From contig JAGBZX010000025.1 in NCBI GenBank assembly GCA_017628025.1, forward strand, positions 1 to 61,413: 61,413 nucleotides of DNA, written 5' to 3'. The stretch is from Kiritimatiellia bacterium (GTDB lineage Bacteria > Verrucomicrobiota > Kiritimatiellia > RFP12 > UBA1067). Below, piece after piece: positions 33,776 through 42,913 of this stretch. The notes beneath the pieces were generated by a model. That model saw only the letters and a program-made list of their open reading frames with translations. It did not search any database and was not told where the DNA came from. Made by a program: the position numbers and the translations under genes. The first letter of the stretch is position 1, and every line of letters starts with the position of its first letter.

Positions 33776-34410
33776 TATTTCTTCTCCTCTTTTTCTTCCT
33801 TGCCCTTCTTGATTACCTTGGGCGAACCGTCACCAGCGGCTGCAGGAGCGTCAGCTGGAGCCTTAACGACCACGAGAGCAAGCTCGCCACGCGTAACAAC
33901 GGTATACTTCTCATCGAGCTTAAGGTCTCTAATAAACATCGTCTGATCGAGGCCGAGAGAAGAAACGTCAATCTTGAACATTTCAGGAATATCACCTGGC
34001 AAGCAGTCAATATCGACTGTGCGAAGAACCTGCTCGAGAATGCCGCCGCCAATCTTAACACCGACAGGCTCGCCAACGAGCTGAACTGGAACGGTGATGC
34101 GAACCTTCTCAGTAAGAGAAACTTCGCTGAAGTCGACGTGAATGGGAGTGCCCTTAAGAACGTCGTTCTGCATTTCACGCAAAAGAACCGACATATCTTC
34201 GCCGCCCATATCGAGCGTAACGAGGAGCTGCTTACCCGACTTACCACGGACGGCCATCATGAATTCATGCTGGGGCAATTTGATCAACTGCGTACCGCCC
34301 TTGTTCATTTTCATTACGCTGGCAGGAATCATACCTGTACGGCGTAATCTACGCACAGCACCAGTACCCTGTTCGGTACGAGCCTGCGCTGAGATGCGTA
34401 TCTGATCCAT
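33775..34410 (-). CDS. rplY: 50S ribosomal protein L25/Ctc
   Basis: MDQIRISAQARTEQGTGAVRRLRRTGMIPASV... I preferred the start at ATG 34410 over GTG 34449. Confidence 0.85.
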   Translation of the reverse strand: MDQIRISAQARTEQGTGAVRRLRRTGMIPASVMKMNKGGTQLIKLPQHEFMMAVRGKSGKQLLVTLDMGGEDMSVLLREMQNDVLKGTPIHVDFSEVSLTEKVRITVPVQLVGEPVGVKIGGGILEQVLRTVDIDCLPGDIPEMFKIDVSSLGLDQTMFIRDLKLDEKYTVVTRGELALVVVKAPADAPAAAGDGSPKVIKKGKEEKEEKK

Positions 34411-34481
34411 TTGTTTTCCTGTACTTTGTTTCCGCATACTCTCGCGCACTCACGCTACCCTCCGCGGCGAAACTCTATGGT

Positions 34482-34490
34482 AGTATATCA
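34482..34490 (-). promoter_or_regulatory. Extended -10 promoter TGATATACT for the rplY-rpsF-rpsR-rplI operon
   Basis: About 70-nt leader to ATG 34410. Confidence 0.5.
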
Positions 34491-34519
34491 TTTTTCTTCA
34501 AAATGTGCAAATCTGCTAA

Positions 34520-34553
34520 TTGACGAAAATAGAGTTTATTTGATATACTACAT
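34520..34553 (+). promoter_or_regulatory. tRNA-Arg promoter: TTGACG-N18-TATACT with TG extension (TGATATACTACAT)
   Basis: The hexamer ends 13 nt before the tRNA 5' end. Confidence 0.6.
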
Positions 34554-34562
34554 TTTTGTTAA

Positions 34563-34639
34563 GGGCCTGTAGCTCATCTGGACAGAGCAACTGCCTTCTA
34601 AGCAGTGGGTAGTGGGTTCGAGTCCCGCCAGGCCCGCCA
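34563..34639 (+). tRNA. tRNA-Arg (anticodon UCU), CCA encoded
   Basis: Acceptor GGGCCTG/CAGGCCC, D stem GCTC/GAGC, anticodon stem ACTGC/GCAGT with loop CTTCTAA, T arm GTGGG-TTCGAGT-CCCGC. Confidence 0.9.
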
Positions 34640-34648
34640 TTTTTTCCC

Positions 34649-35731
34649 TTAATTCATCCTTCTTCTTGGTAATGATACTCTATTACCAGAAAGAAACTCT
34701 ATGCGATCTTTAACCCTTAACATCATACATAGCGAATTTACTTGAGAAATATCTAAACCCGTTCGCTCAACTACTTCATCAATAGTTATAGGATCAACAG
34801 AAAGCGCATTCATTATTAACGCCTCCTCTGGCGAAACGGAGGGCAACTTTAATTCCACTTGAGGCTGATTAAACAAATCATCTTCTTCCTTCTTTGGCTT
34901 AGTTGCTCCCATCGCTAGCATGACATCCTTTGAGCCTCTAACTAAAATCGCCCCATCTCTAATAAGCGAAAGACACCCTGAACAAAGCGGATTATCCAAC
35001 CTACCAGGAACTGCCATAACTACCCTGCCTAAATCCGCAGCGATACTTGTAGTTATAAGCGTACCACTTTTATGAGGGCATTCTATTGCAATAACGCCTC
35101 CTGCTAAACCTGCCACAACATGGTTTCGCATAGGAAAAGTCTGCGTGTCGGCGCCACGACCAAAAGGAAACTGACTAATTACCGCGCCATTCTTTTCAAT
35201 AATTTCTCTCGCTAACTCCCTGTTTTTCTCGGGATAAAAGCGATCTAATGCCGAGCCTAAAACTCCTACCGTCACTCCATCGGCATCTAGCGCTCCTCTG
35301 TGAGATGCAGCGTCAATACCTAATGCAAGTCCAGAAACAACACTCCAGCCGTCTTTTGCTAAATCATACCCAAAACGCGAAGCTTGAGATAAACCATATT
35401 CACTTGCACGACGCGTACCAATAATTGCAACACTAGGCTTATTAAGCGCTTCTAGAGAACCTTTTACATAAAGCACTAATGGTCTACCGGGCGTATTTTT
35501 AAGCATCTCGGGATACTCGTCATCGACCATGGTAACTATTTTAATATTATATTTTTCTGCTAGCTCATATTCTCTCTCAACATTTACTTGACCACCTGAT
35601 CGAGAAGACTTGTTTGGCAAATTCTCCCAAGCAGCCGCTAATGAGCCACACTCAAGCTTTGCGTTCAATGCGCTGACACTGCCTATTTTAGCAGTCAAAT
35701 TAAACGCAACACATGCTTCACTTTCTGTCAA
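34649..35731 (-). CDS. dprA: DNA-processing protein DprA
   Basis: Rossmann-like core (AIIGTRRASEYG...VVSGLALGIDAASHRGAL...GVLGSALDRFYPEKN) and a C-terminal winged-helix-like tail. TTG start. Confidence 0.85.
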   Translation of the reverse strand: MTESEACVAFNLTAKIGSVSALNAKLECGSLAAAWENLPNKSSRSGGQVNVEREYELAEKYNIKIVTMVDDEYPEMLKNTPGRPLVLYVKGSLEALNKPSVAIIGTRRASEYGLSQASRFGYDLAKDGWSVVSGLALGIDAASHRGALDADGVTVGVLGSALDRFYPEKNRELAREIIEKNGAVISQFPFGRGADTQTFPMRNHVVAGLAGGVIAIECPHKSGTLITTSIAADLGRVVMAVPGRLDNPLCSGCLSLIRDGAILVRGSKDVMLAMGATKPKKEEDDLFNQPQVELKLPSVSPEEALIMNALSVDPITIDEVVERTGLDISQVNSLCMMLRVKDRIEFLSGNRVSLPRRRMN

Positions 35732-35761
35732 AATTAACCCCTTGCATTATTAAAATTTTTA

Positions 35762-35776
35762 TGATATACTACGCAC
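35762..35776 (+). promoter_or_regulatory. Stable-RNA type promoter TGATATACTACGCAC for tRNA-Glu
   Basis: The hexamer ends 17 nt before the tRNA 5' end. Confidence 0.6.
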
Positions 35777-35787
35777 TGTTCTTTGAT

Positions 35788-35862
35788 GGCCCCATCGTCT
35801 ATCGGCTAGGACACAAGCTTTTCATGCTTGTTAGAGGAGTTCGACTCTCCTTGGGGCTGCCA
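35788..35862 (+). tRNA. tRNA-Glu (anticodon UUC), CCA encoded
   Basis: GGCCCCATCGTCTA... start, anticodon stem CAAGC/GCTTG with loop TTTTCAT, T arm AGGAG-TTCGACT-CTCCT. Confidence 0.9.
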
Positions 35863-35893
35863 CTTTTTTCCACCAGTTTTTTTATACAAAATA

Positions 35894-35928
35894 AATGCTG
35901 GCTTTTGCAAACCAGCATTATTTTTTTT
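35894..35928. terminator. Bidirectional rho-independent terminator (AATGCTGG-loop-CCAGCATT plus T8; A-rich on the other side)
   Basis: Hairpin 35894-35919 followed by TTTTTTTT at 35921-35928. Lies between tRNA-Glu (+) and the convergent TPR gene (-). Confidence 0.75.
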
Positions 35929-35931
35929 CGA

Positions 35932-37314
35932 TTATGCCTTTTCTTTGATCGCCTTAGAAATGGCGAGCATTCTCTCTGATAGATCTTCAAAGCCCACATC
36001 AGAAGAGTATACACTCTTATAGTAATCATAGGCTTTTTCGTAATCCTTAGACTCTTCTGCACAACGGCCGAGTCTATAAACGACGAGCTTCTTTAATTCG
36101 TCCATTACTGGCAATGCGTCTCTAGCAGTTTCTAACTGCATAACCGCCATATCAGTCTGCCCCTTAGATAAGAAACAAAGCGAGAGATAATAAAGCGCCC
36201 AGAGACGATCTTTAGGGCTCTTTTGCGCTAACTGAAGATGTTGCAATGCCTCATCAAGATATTCATACTCGTAGCATTTAACACCAAGCTCATAACGCAA
36301 ATGAAGATCATTTGGGTAGCGAGCAACACGCTCCTGAAGATCATCGAAAACATATTGGTTTTTCTGATTTTCAACTTCTACCGCGCCTGCCTCATCACCT
36401 GCTTGACGATACTCATTTATGACAGAGTCAAAATAAAGGACTCTCGTCTGCGAAAGCATTCTATCAAGTTCAGGGTCCATATTGCCTGATATTTCAATAG
36501 CACTTTCTAAGCTTTCAATCGCCTCTTCGTATCTATGGTTTTGAATATAGATTCGAGCAAGAGCGCGGCGGAAATTAATATTCTTTGGCTCCTTCTCAAT
36601 CTGCTGCAACTTTTCTGCAATAAGCATATCAGCATCTTCATCTGTAACGACAGCCTTATTTGCCGCGTCAAGCTTTGCCGCCTGCTCCTTGTTGGCGATA
36701 AGCGCCTGAAAACCACCGCGTTTACCTGCAGTCTGTTCCCAACCTGCATTCATCGTAGTGCGTGCTTCAGCGTTCTTTAACTGGGCCAATATACGCTGAT
36801 CACCTGGCTTAATTTGAGACAACTTCTGATACGCGTCTCTAGCCTTATCGTAACGCTTGGCCTTCATATAATAATCAGCGACACGCTCTAGAAGCGCTGA
36901 ATCGCGATTTGAGCATTCATAGGCCGCCTCAATAGTGATAGCTGCAGTTTCCGGATTGCCAGCTGCTTCTGCCGCGTTTACCGCACACTCAATATTATCA
37001 GGATCAAGGGGATTAAGGCAAAGAAGCTTTTCTGCCTCTGCAAGTGCTTCTGCGTGCTGGCCTTTCTTTGAAAAAGCAGCAACCTTACCACGGGCCATCA
37101 TATAAGTAAGCTTTGCACCAAAGCCAGGCTTGCCGCGAGTTTTAAAGCTAGCAATTTGAGCAGCTCTAAGACGCTTTCTAGTTTCTAAAACATCTGGCGC
37201 TGCACTTACCGCCTCCATAAGCATTTCAACTGCTAAATCAAAGCGACCAGACTCCATAGCCTGTCTGCCGCGATTCGCAAAATTTTGCGCTTTTTGTGCG
37301 TTATCTGTAGCCAT
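35932..37314 (-). CDS. TPR-repeat protein
   Basis: 460 aa with repeated A..Y......(Y/F)..A...(Y/F)...L...P patterns throughout. Confidence 0.7.
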   Translation of the reverse strand: MATDNAQKAQNFANRGRQAMESGRFDLAVEMLMEAVSAAPDVLETRKRLRAAQIASFKTRGKPGFGAKLTYMMARGKVAAFSKKGQHAEALAEAEKLLCLNPLDPDNIECAVNAAEAAGNPETAAITIEAAYECSNRDSALLERVADYYMKAKRYDKARDAYQKLSQIKPGDQRILAQLKNAEARTTMNAGWEQTAGKRGGFQALIANKEQAAKLDAANKAVVTDEDADMLIAEKLQQIEKEPKNINFRRALARIYIQNHRYEEAIESLESAIEISGNMDPELDRMLSQTRVLYFDSVINEYRQAGDEAGAVEVENQKNQYVFDDLQERVARYPNDLHLRYELGVKCYEYEYLDEALQHLQLAQKSPKDRLWALYYLSLCFLSKGQTDMAVMQLETARDALPVMDELKKLVVYRLGRCAEESKDYEKAYDYYKSVYSSDVGFEDLSERMLAISKAIKEKA

Positions 37315-37315
37315 A

Positions 37316-37624
37316 TTAACTCACCGCCATTCTTTCATCACCACCAAGGGATTGTGCAACCCCTTTAGCTTTATATGTCTGCAACATAAAATGTGTAGCC
37401 GTTGAAAGCACACCCTCAATTGTTGAAATATCTGCTGCTACAAACTGAGCAACATCTTGAAGACTATCTCCTTTAACAAATACAAGCAAATCATAACCAC
37501 CGCTCATTAGAAAGCAAGCCTCGACCTGCTCAAACTTTGCAACGCGCTCAGCAATCTTGCCGAAACCTGAATCGCGCTGAGGAGTAATTTTCAACTCGAT
37601 AACTGCGTGAACAGCATTATTCAT
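37316..37624 (-). CDS. Lrp/AsnC-type ligand-binding-domain-only protein
   Basis: 102 aa. VHAVIELKI...VEACFLMSGGYDLLVFVKGDSLQDVAQFV...I..IEGV..T.T matches the AsnC_trans_reg fold. No HTH. Confidence 0.6.
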   Translation of the reverse strand: MNNAVHAVIELKITPQRDSGFGKIAERVAKFEQVEACFLMSGGYDLLVFVKGDSLQDVAQFVAADISTIEGVLSTATHFMLQTYKAKGVAQSLGGDERMAVS

Positions 37625-38130
37625 TTTGAGCCACCCTTCTTCCAGTTAAAATGCACAAGATCATCAACTACTTGACGAGCTATTTGCTCTGCAAGCCTGC
37701 CCGCTGCACTGCGCTCTGCTGTAACAATATCGTTATCAGCAAGCACCGTTGTGCGAGCCTCATAAAGGCGCGATTCTACAACAACTTCACCCGTTAACTT
37801 ATTTACGACAGAGACTTCAACCTGCGCATTTACTATATGCTCGCGATGGCGACGCGTACGCGCAGCAAACAAATCACGCGAAGAAATCGTCGTCTTCTTA
37901 GCTACACCTTGGATTTCAATAGCCGCTGACGTTGACAACTTAAAAGAGCCTTCTCTTTGAAATTCACGCGCTACTTGCGTTGACAAAGTTGCACCAAAAC
38001 CGGTAAGCGATGTTTCATTTCTAAAAACTGGAATATCAATAGTTGATAAATCCTTGGGGACTGTGCTTTTCCAGTTATAAGAGGCACAGCCACATAAAAG
38101 TAGCATTATTGCTATTACGCTATTTCTCAT
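37621..38130 (-). CDS. Lipoprotein, LptE-like (tentative)
   Basis: Lipobox LLLCGC. 169 aa. The pattern IDIPVFRNETSLTGFGATLSTQVAREF...IQG resembles LptE-type lipoproteins. Confidence 0.4.
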   Translation of the reverse strand: MRNSVIAIMLLLCGCASYNWKSTVPKDLSTIDIPVFRNETSLTGFGATLSTQVAREFQREGSFKLSTSAAIEIQGVAKKTTISSRDLFAARTRRHREHIVNAQVEVSVVNKLTGEVVVESRLYEARTTVLADNDIVTAERSAAGRLAEQIARQVVDDLVHFNWKKGGSK

Positions 38131-39149
38131 TTTGACACCTCCTGAAGTTCTTTAAGACGTTCACGAGCCTTTTCAGCATACGAAGAGCCCGGATGCTCTG
38201 CAATAAATTTCTGCAACGCATTTATCGCACTTTTCTTTGTTCTTGTAGGCGAATCATAAAAGAGGGTAGACTTCCAATCTTCATCTTCAAGCTTCGTATT
38301 GAGCTCTTGGTAGTATTGGCGCAATTTCTCTGTTCTCTCATCATTAGAAGCCGTATCCACCGCCTGCCTTAAAAACGCTAACACATCAAGTGTACGCGAA
38401 CGATTATAAGCCTTACGCTCTAATAATTTCATACGAGCATCTGCCTCGCGGAAAATAGCCTCAAGAGCTTCCTTACTAGTATGATGAGCATTGCGAAGAT
38501 TGCCATAGACAGAAATGGCATTTTCTAAATCTTCATCCTCCTCGCGAAGCGAAGCTATAGTAAGCATGGCCTTAGGCGCAAAACTAGCTCCTGGCGCTCG
38601 CACTACCAAGGCCTCATAAGCTAAACGGACATCAACAGTATTAGCAAAACGGAAGAAAATAAACATCTTGCCTTCTGCACGCCACATCTCGCAAGCTTTA
38701 TAAAGATGCTCTGCAATCTTCGCGTAATCACATTTAGAAGGATAGAAGTCTAGCAAATAGCGATATTCCTTTATAGCTCGCTCCGTTGAATCTAAATGCT
38801 CAAGGAGTATATCAGCAAAGCGCTCCTGTGCTACAGGCGCTTCTGGAGAATACGGCCACTTTCTTACTAGCGCATCGTATTCATCTGCCGCATCAGACCA
38901 ATCACCTTCAGCTTCAAGAGCTTTGCAATAGGCCATTTGTTCGGCCGGGCTATTCTTTTCTGGCCCATATATAAACTGAAACCACCTTGGATTTTTCTTC
39001 TCAGGAGCGGCTATTTCGCCAGTAAGGTCAAAGCCTGGATACGCATCTGTTGCATATAAAGATGACCCTGGTCCAGCAGCTGGCATTACTGCCGCTGTGG
39101 CCACTGATGTGGCAAAAACAACCGCCGCTATATTTAGAATATTTCGCAT
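38127..39149 (-). CDS. Secreted TPR-like protein (BamD/YfiO-like, tentative)
   Basis: Signal peptide. Helical-repeat composition. Operon context with the lipoprotein gene. Confidence 0.35.
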   Translation of the reverse strand: MRNILNIAAVVFATSVATAAVMPAAGPGSSLYATDAYPGFDLTGEIAAPEKKNPRWFQFIYGPEKNSPAEQMAYCKALEAEGDWSDAADEYDALVRKWPYSPEAPVAQERFADILLEHLDSTERAIKEYRYLLDFYPSKCDYAKIAEHLYKACEMWRAEGKMFIFFRFANTVDVRLAYEALVVRAPGASFAPKAMLTIASLREEDEDLENAISVYGNLRNAHHTSKEALEAIFREADARMKLLERKAYNRSRTLDVLAFLRQAVDTASNDERTEKLRQYYQELNTKLEDEDWKSTLFYDSPTRTKKSAINALQKFIAEHPGSSYAEKARERLKELQEVSK

Positions 39150-39156
39150 ACATGAG

Positions 39157-39165
39157 ATTATATCA
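39157..39165 (-). promoter_or_regulatory. Extended -10 promoter TGATATAAT, 7 nt from ATG 39149 (predicted leaderless)
   Basis: The gap CTCATGT is followed directly by the ATG. Confidence 0.55.
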
Positions 39166-39181
39166 AATCAGAGGTGTTCTA

Positions 39182-41044
39182 TCAATCCTCAAGCGTTCTA
39201 AACTCCATGCCTAACTGCTTAGCTTTGGCAAGAATCTTTTCTAACCACTCACGCTTCATATGCACATGTTTTGCATCTGGGGCAATGTCGTGGGAGAAAA
39301 GAGCAAAGATAGAATTAGACTCTGCTGCATACTCTATACGCTTAAGAAGAGCATCAATGTCGGTATTGTAAAACTCGCCTACTCCCTCTGCGCGCATCAT
39401 CTTCATCGCGTCAAATCCCATAGAGTTACGCCACTGCGTACGAGCAAAATTATCTCCGCCAACACGAAGGCGCTTCATGCCATGTGATAAAAGATATTTA
39501 TCGATAGCGGGATTATGCTGATTATTAGGCATAGCCATGCTCTTAACTTCAATACCTACCTTTTTAAGCGCGTCAACTTGTGGCTTTACTTCGCTGTTGT
39601 AATAAGCCTCACATTCCTGATAAGTTGGCTTACGATTTTTAAATGTCTTGTGAGTTAGAGTATGAACGCCAACAGTATGACCTGCCTTTTTAAGTTTGAG
39701 AAGATTTGAGGCAACTTCTGGTGTTATCTGACCGCTAATAAAGAACGAAGCACGAGCATCATACTTCTCAAAAAGGTCTATATTATCTGCCCAGTTCTTA
39801 GCATATTTATCATCAAAGGTAAGACATAGAATGCCGCGGCGAGGCGTTTTTTCTGGATGCCTTTCACCAATTGCCGATGCAATAAAGTTAACTCCGCCCT
39901 TCTTCGGGAAGAAACACTTCTCGATCTGTCCAGGCCAACCTTGCATAAATTCAAGGGTGCCATAGAAACGATTATCAGGATCCCATACCGCATAAGTCAT
40001 ATTAGAAGCTTTTGGCACAGAATACTCTTCGCCGCGTTCATATGCACATTGATTTACGCGCATATAGACTTTGCGTGCGCGACGACCAAATGTTCCATCG
40101 GGAAGAGTAGCAAAAATGCGCTGATTATGCTGTGCTAAAATTCGATTAATGATAATCGGGTGCGTAGCACTAACTACCGCCACACCATATTCACAGTTAT
40201 GCACATAAAGATGCTCAGCGCAAGAATGCTCGCTTAGAACAATACCATACTTAAAACCTTGAACGGCAACATTTCTTAATATCTGATCGTCAGACTGTGC
40301 GCCAGAGCCCATAAGACCTACTGTGTGGCATGGATTTTCAAGAAGCTCCTTCTTGCTATCCCAATCGCCAACATGGTCATCAAGACAGAACTGAGAATCA
40401 ATAATAATTATGCGGCTTGAGTTCTCTAGATTGACTGCCGAAGTTGTTGGATACATGCGATCGTGGTCCAAGTGAACACGCACCTCGAGATTCTTGATCG
40501 AAACAGCAGGAACAGAAAAACATCCCTCACACATCGTGCCTTTGGGCGCAGCAATAACTGCCCATGGGCGCTCTTCAGGATCATGAACCTCAGGGGCGTC
40601 CCAAGTTGAATGAAGCGTTACATTCATATTACCCAAGTTTCCAAATCGCGTAGGAACAAAGTGGGGATCGCCATCATCTGGTCTAACTTGATATTCATAA
40701 AGAATTTTCGGAGGGAATTCACCTTCAAGCTGAACTACGTTTTTACCAGCTGGAATAATAAGCTGCGCGCGAACAATACGCCCTTCAGAGTCGAACTCGC
40801 GACCAGGAGAGGCAATAAGATAGCCCTTTGGTGTATATGGGAAATAAAGTTTACCACCGCCGCGAGCTGCGATATAGTCAATGCCACGCTGAATAGCAGC
40901 AGTATCATCTGTCACACCATCACCTTTCGCACCGAAATCAAATACGCAAAGTCTTCCTTCGCGAGCTTTTTCTTCAAGAGAAGGCGTGTGGCAAATGCAA
41001 CCTGCCATCAAAATAATAGAAAATAATGCTATCAAGTTTTTCAT
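39182..41044 (-). CDS. Fusion protein: pectate-lyase-3/right-handed beta-helix domain plus polysaccharide deacetylase (CE4/NodB) domain; lipoprotein-type signal
   Basis: FGAKGDGVTDDTAAIQRGIDY at the N-terminus. LTFDDKYAKNW...GVHTLTH in the C-terminal third. N-terminal LMAGC lipobox. Confidence 0.65.
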   Translation of the reverse strand: MKNLIALFSIILMAGCICHTPSLEEKAREGRLCVFDFGAKGDGVTDDTAAIQRGIDYIAARGGGKLYFPYTPKGYLIASPGREFDSEGRIVRAQLIIPAGKNVVQLEGEFPPKILYEYQVRPDDGDPHFVPTRFGNLGNMNVTLHSTWDAPEVHDPEERPWAVIAAPKGTMCEGCFSVPAVSIKNLEVRVHLDHDRMYPTTSAVNLENSSRIIIIDSQFCLDDHVGDWDSKKELLENPCHTVGLMGSGAQSDDQILRNVAVQGFKYGIVLSEHSCAEHLYVHNCEYGVAVVSATHPIIINRILAQHNQRIFATLPDGTFGRRARKVYMRVNQCAYERGEEYSVPKASNMTYAVWDPDNRFYGTLEFMQGWPGQIEKCFFPKKGGVNFIASAIGERHPEKTPRRGILCLTFDDKYAKNWADNIDLFEKYDARASFFISGQITPEVASNLLKLKKAGHTVGVHTLTHKTFKNRKPTYQECEAYYNSEVKPQVDALKKVGIEVKSMAMPNNQHNPAIDKYLLSHGMKRLRVGGDNFARTQWRNSMGFDAMKMMRAEGVGEFYNTDIDALLKRIEYAAESNSIFALFSHDIAPDAKHVHMKREWLEKILAKAKQLGMEFRTLED

Positions 41045-42375
41045 TATCTAGGTTCCTTTATATTTAAAATAGATGCCCCTGGTAAGGACTCAAGAATATC
41101 ATTTAGCTTTTTATCGTTTAAAATTTCTGAGCGCGTCATTTTCGGCATCGAAATAGATTTTTGTTCCTCAATCTTTTCTACTTGTTTTTCTACCTGCGAA
41201 AAAGCCGTAGTAACTTCTACCGTGCCAGTTTTCATCGCCTTAAGTGCTCTTAACAACTCCTCAATTGTCGCGGTTGTTGCAATACGAGAGGAACGAATAA
41301 GACACATCTCCATTACTGTCTTCACACTTAAGACATGACGAAGACGATCTTCCATCTCGGCTAGTTGGTCGCATATCTTAAAAAGACGCGACGAATCAAC
41401 TAAATCGGCTTGTGCTTTTAGCGTCTCGACGTGTGCAGCAGAGGCCGCCAAAGAGCCAAGCTCAGAGCCCAGAGATTTAACAACAACAAGATCACGGAAA
41501 TGCATCATAAGCTCGCCGGCAAGTCTGCGCATATCCTTACCTGCTGAATCAAACTTTTCCACTCCCTTAATTACTGAAGCAGCATCTCCTGTAAGCACCG
41601 CTTCAGCAAGACGCTCTAATTCAGAACGACTGACAAGACCAAAAATGCCAAGAGCATCTTCTTCTGTGATTTCGTTACCCCTAAAAGAGACCAACTGATC
41701 AAGCGAAGAAAGAGCATCTCTCATGCCACCTTCAGCGCCACGCGCTATCGCCATAAGCGCGTCTTCAGCAGCATTAATCCCTTCGCTTTTACATACATGC
41801 AAAAGGCGAGAGAAAATATCTTTAGTTTGAATGCGTCTTAAATCGAATCTTTGACAACGCGATATAATCGTTGCTAAAACCTTATCGCCTTCAGTAGTAG
41901 CGAATATAAACTTTACATGTTCAGGCGGCTCCTCCAGCGTCTTTAATAGAGCATTCCACGCCGCCTTTGAAAGCATATGACATTCGTCAACAATGTAAAT
42001 TTTATACTTTGAATTTACGGGTTTAAATTGTGAACTTTCAATGATAGGCTTAACATCGTCAACACCATTGTGACTTGCCGCGTCAAGCTCCATCACATCA
42101 AGATTGCGCCCTTGATCAATTTCTTGACAATTGACGCATTTACCACAAGGCTCACCATTCGCTGGCGAAGTACAGTTTAGCGCCTTTGCGAAAATTCTTG
42201 AAAGCGTCGTTTTGCCAATGCCGCGCGGACCGATGAATAAATACGCATTAGCCACTCTATTAGCAGCTATCGCATTTTTCAATGTCTCAACTACATGCTG
42301 CTGCCCGATGACATCAGCAAATATCCGCGGCCTATATTCGAGCGCTAGCGCCCTGCGCTGTTTTCCTACATCCAT
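41044..42375 (-). CDS. dnaX: DNA polymerase III subunit gamma/tau (short, 443 aa)
   Basis: YRPRIFADVIGQQHV, GPRGIGKTT, Zn module CGKCVNCQ, DECHML, SRCQRF. Confidence 0.9.
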   Translation of the reverse strand: MDVGKQRRALALEYRPRIFADVIGQQHVVETLKNAIAANRVANAYLFIGPRGIGKTTLSRIFAKALNCTSPANGEPCGKCVNCQEIDQGRNLDVMELDAASHNGVDDVKPIIESSQFKPVNSKYKIYIVDECHMLSKAAWNALLKTLEEPPEHVKFIFATTEGDKVLATIISRCQRFDLRRIQTKDIFSRLLHVCKSEGINAAEDALMAIARGAEGGMRDALSSLDQLVSFRGNEITEEDALGIFGLVSRSELERLAEAVLTGDAASVIKGVEKFDSAGKDMRRLAGELMMHFRDLVVVKSLGSELGSLAASAAHVETLKAQADLVDSSRLFKICDQLAEMEDRLRHVLSVKTVMEMCLIRSSRIATTATIEELLRALKAMKTGTVEVTTAFSQVEKQVEKIEEQKSISMPKMTRSEILNDKKLNDILESLPGASILNIKEPR

Positions 42376-42393
42376 AACCCGTAAAAACCTTTA

Positions 42394-42891
42394 TCAAGAT
42401 TGAATACGCTCATTTGCCGCTGCCACCTTGGCAGCAAGCTCTGCTTTATAAGCCTTAAATTTCTCACGAAGATTTTCGTCTGCCGTGCCAAGTATTTGAA
42501 TAGCAAGAAGCGCCGCGTTAACAGGGCCAGCAGAGCCGACTGCCACAGTAGCTACAGGGACACCGCTAGGCATTTGCACAGTAGCATAAAGCGCATCAAG
42601 ACCATTGAGAGCGCCACCAGCAACTGGTATGCCTATTACAGGCAGAACCGTTGATGAAGCCAAAACACCACCTAAGTGAGCAGCTCCCCCTGCAGCTGCG
42701 ATAATAACCTTAAGACCGCGAGTTTCAGCCGTCTTTGAGTATTCAATTGCTTCAAGTGGTGTGCGGTGTGCAGAAATGACGCGCTTTTCATAGGCCACTC
42801 CGAATTTCTCTAAAACCTGACAGCCCTTTTCTACTAACGGCCAGTCAGAATCACTGCCCATAACAACGCCGACTTTAATTTCGTTTTCCAT
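42394..42891 (-). CDS. purE: 5-(carboxyamino)imidazole ribonucleotide mutase
   Basis: VGVVMGSDSDWP...AHRTP...IIAAAGGAAHLGGVLAS...PVIGIPV. Confidence 0.9.
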   Translation of the reverse strand: MENEIKVGVVMGSDSDWPLVEKGCQVLEKFGVAYEKRVISAHRTPLEAIEYSKTAETRGLKVIIAAAGGAAHLGGVLASSTVLPVIGIPVAGGALNGLDALYATVQMPSGVPVATVAVGSAGPVNAALLAIQILGTADENLREKFKAYKAELAAKVAAANERIQS

Positions 42892-42913
42892 TATCTACTC
42901 TACCTTTCTTTAT

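Noticed and set aside
33813-34247. Long alternate-frame and antisense ORFs inside ribosomal-protein and other highly expressed genes (e.g. 33813-34247, 53872-54309, 52362-52736, 48183-48728, 44088-44507)
   Set aside because: They overlap genes with unmistakable conserved products. Their Ser/Leu/Arg-rich translations are typical of off-frame reading of GC-biased coding sequence.
32657-34410. Locally elevated GC content as a sign of horizontal transfer
   Set aside because: The GC-rich patches coincide exactly with ribosomal protein, rpoA and acpP genes. Expression-linked codon bias is the simpler explanation.
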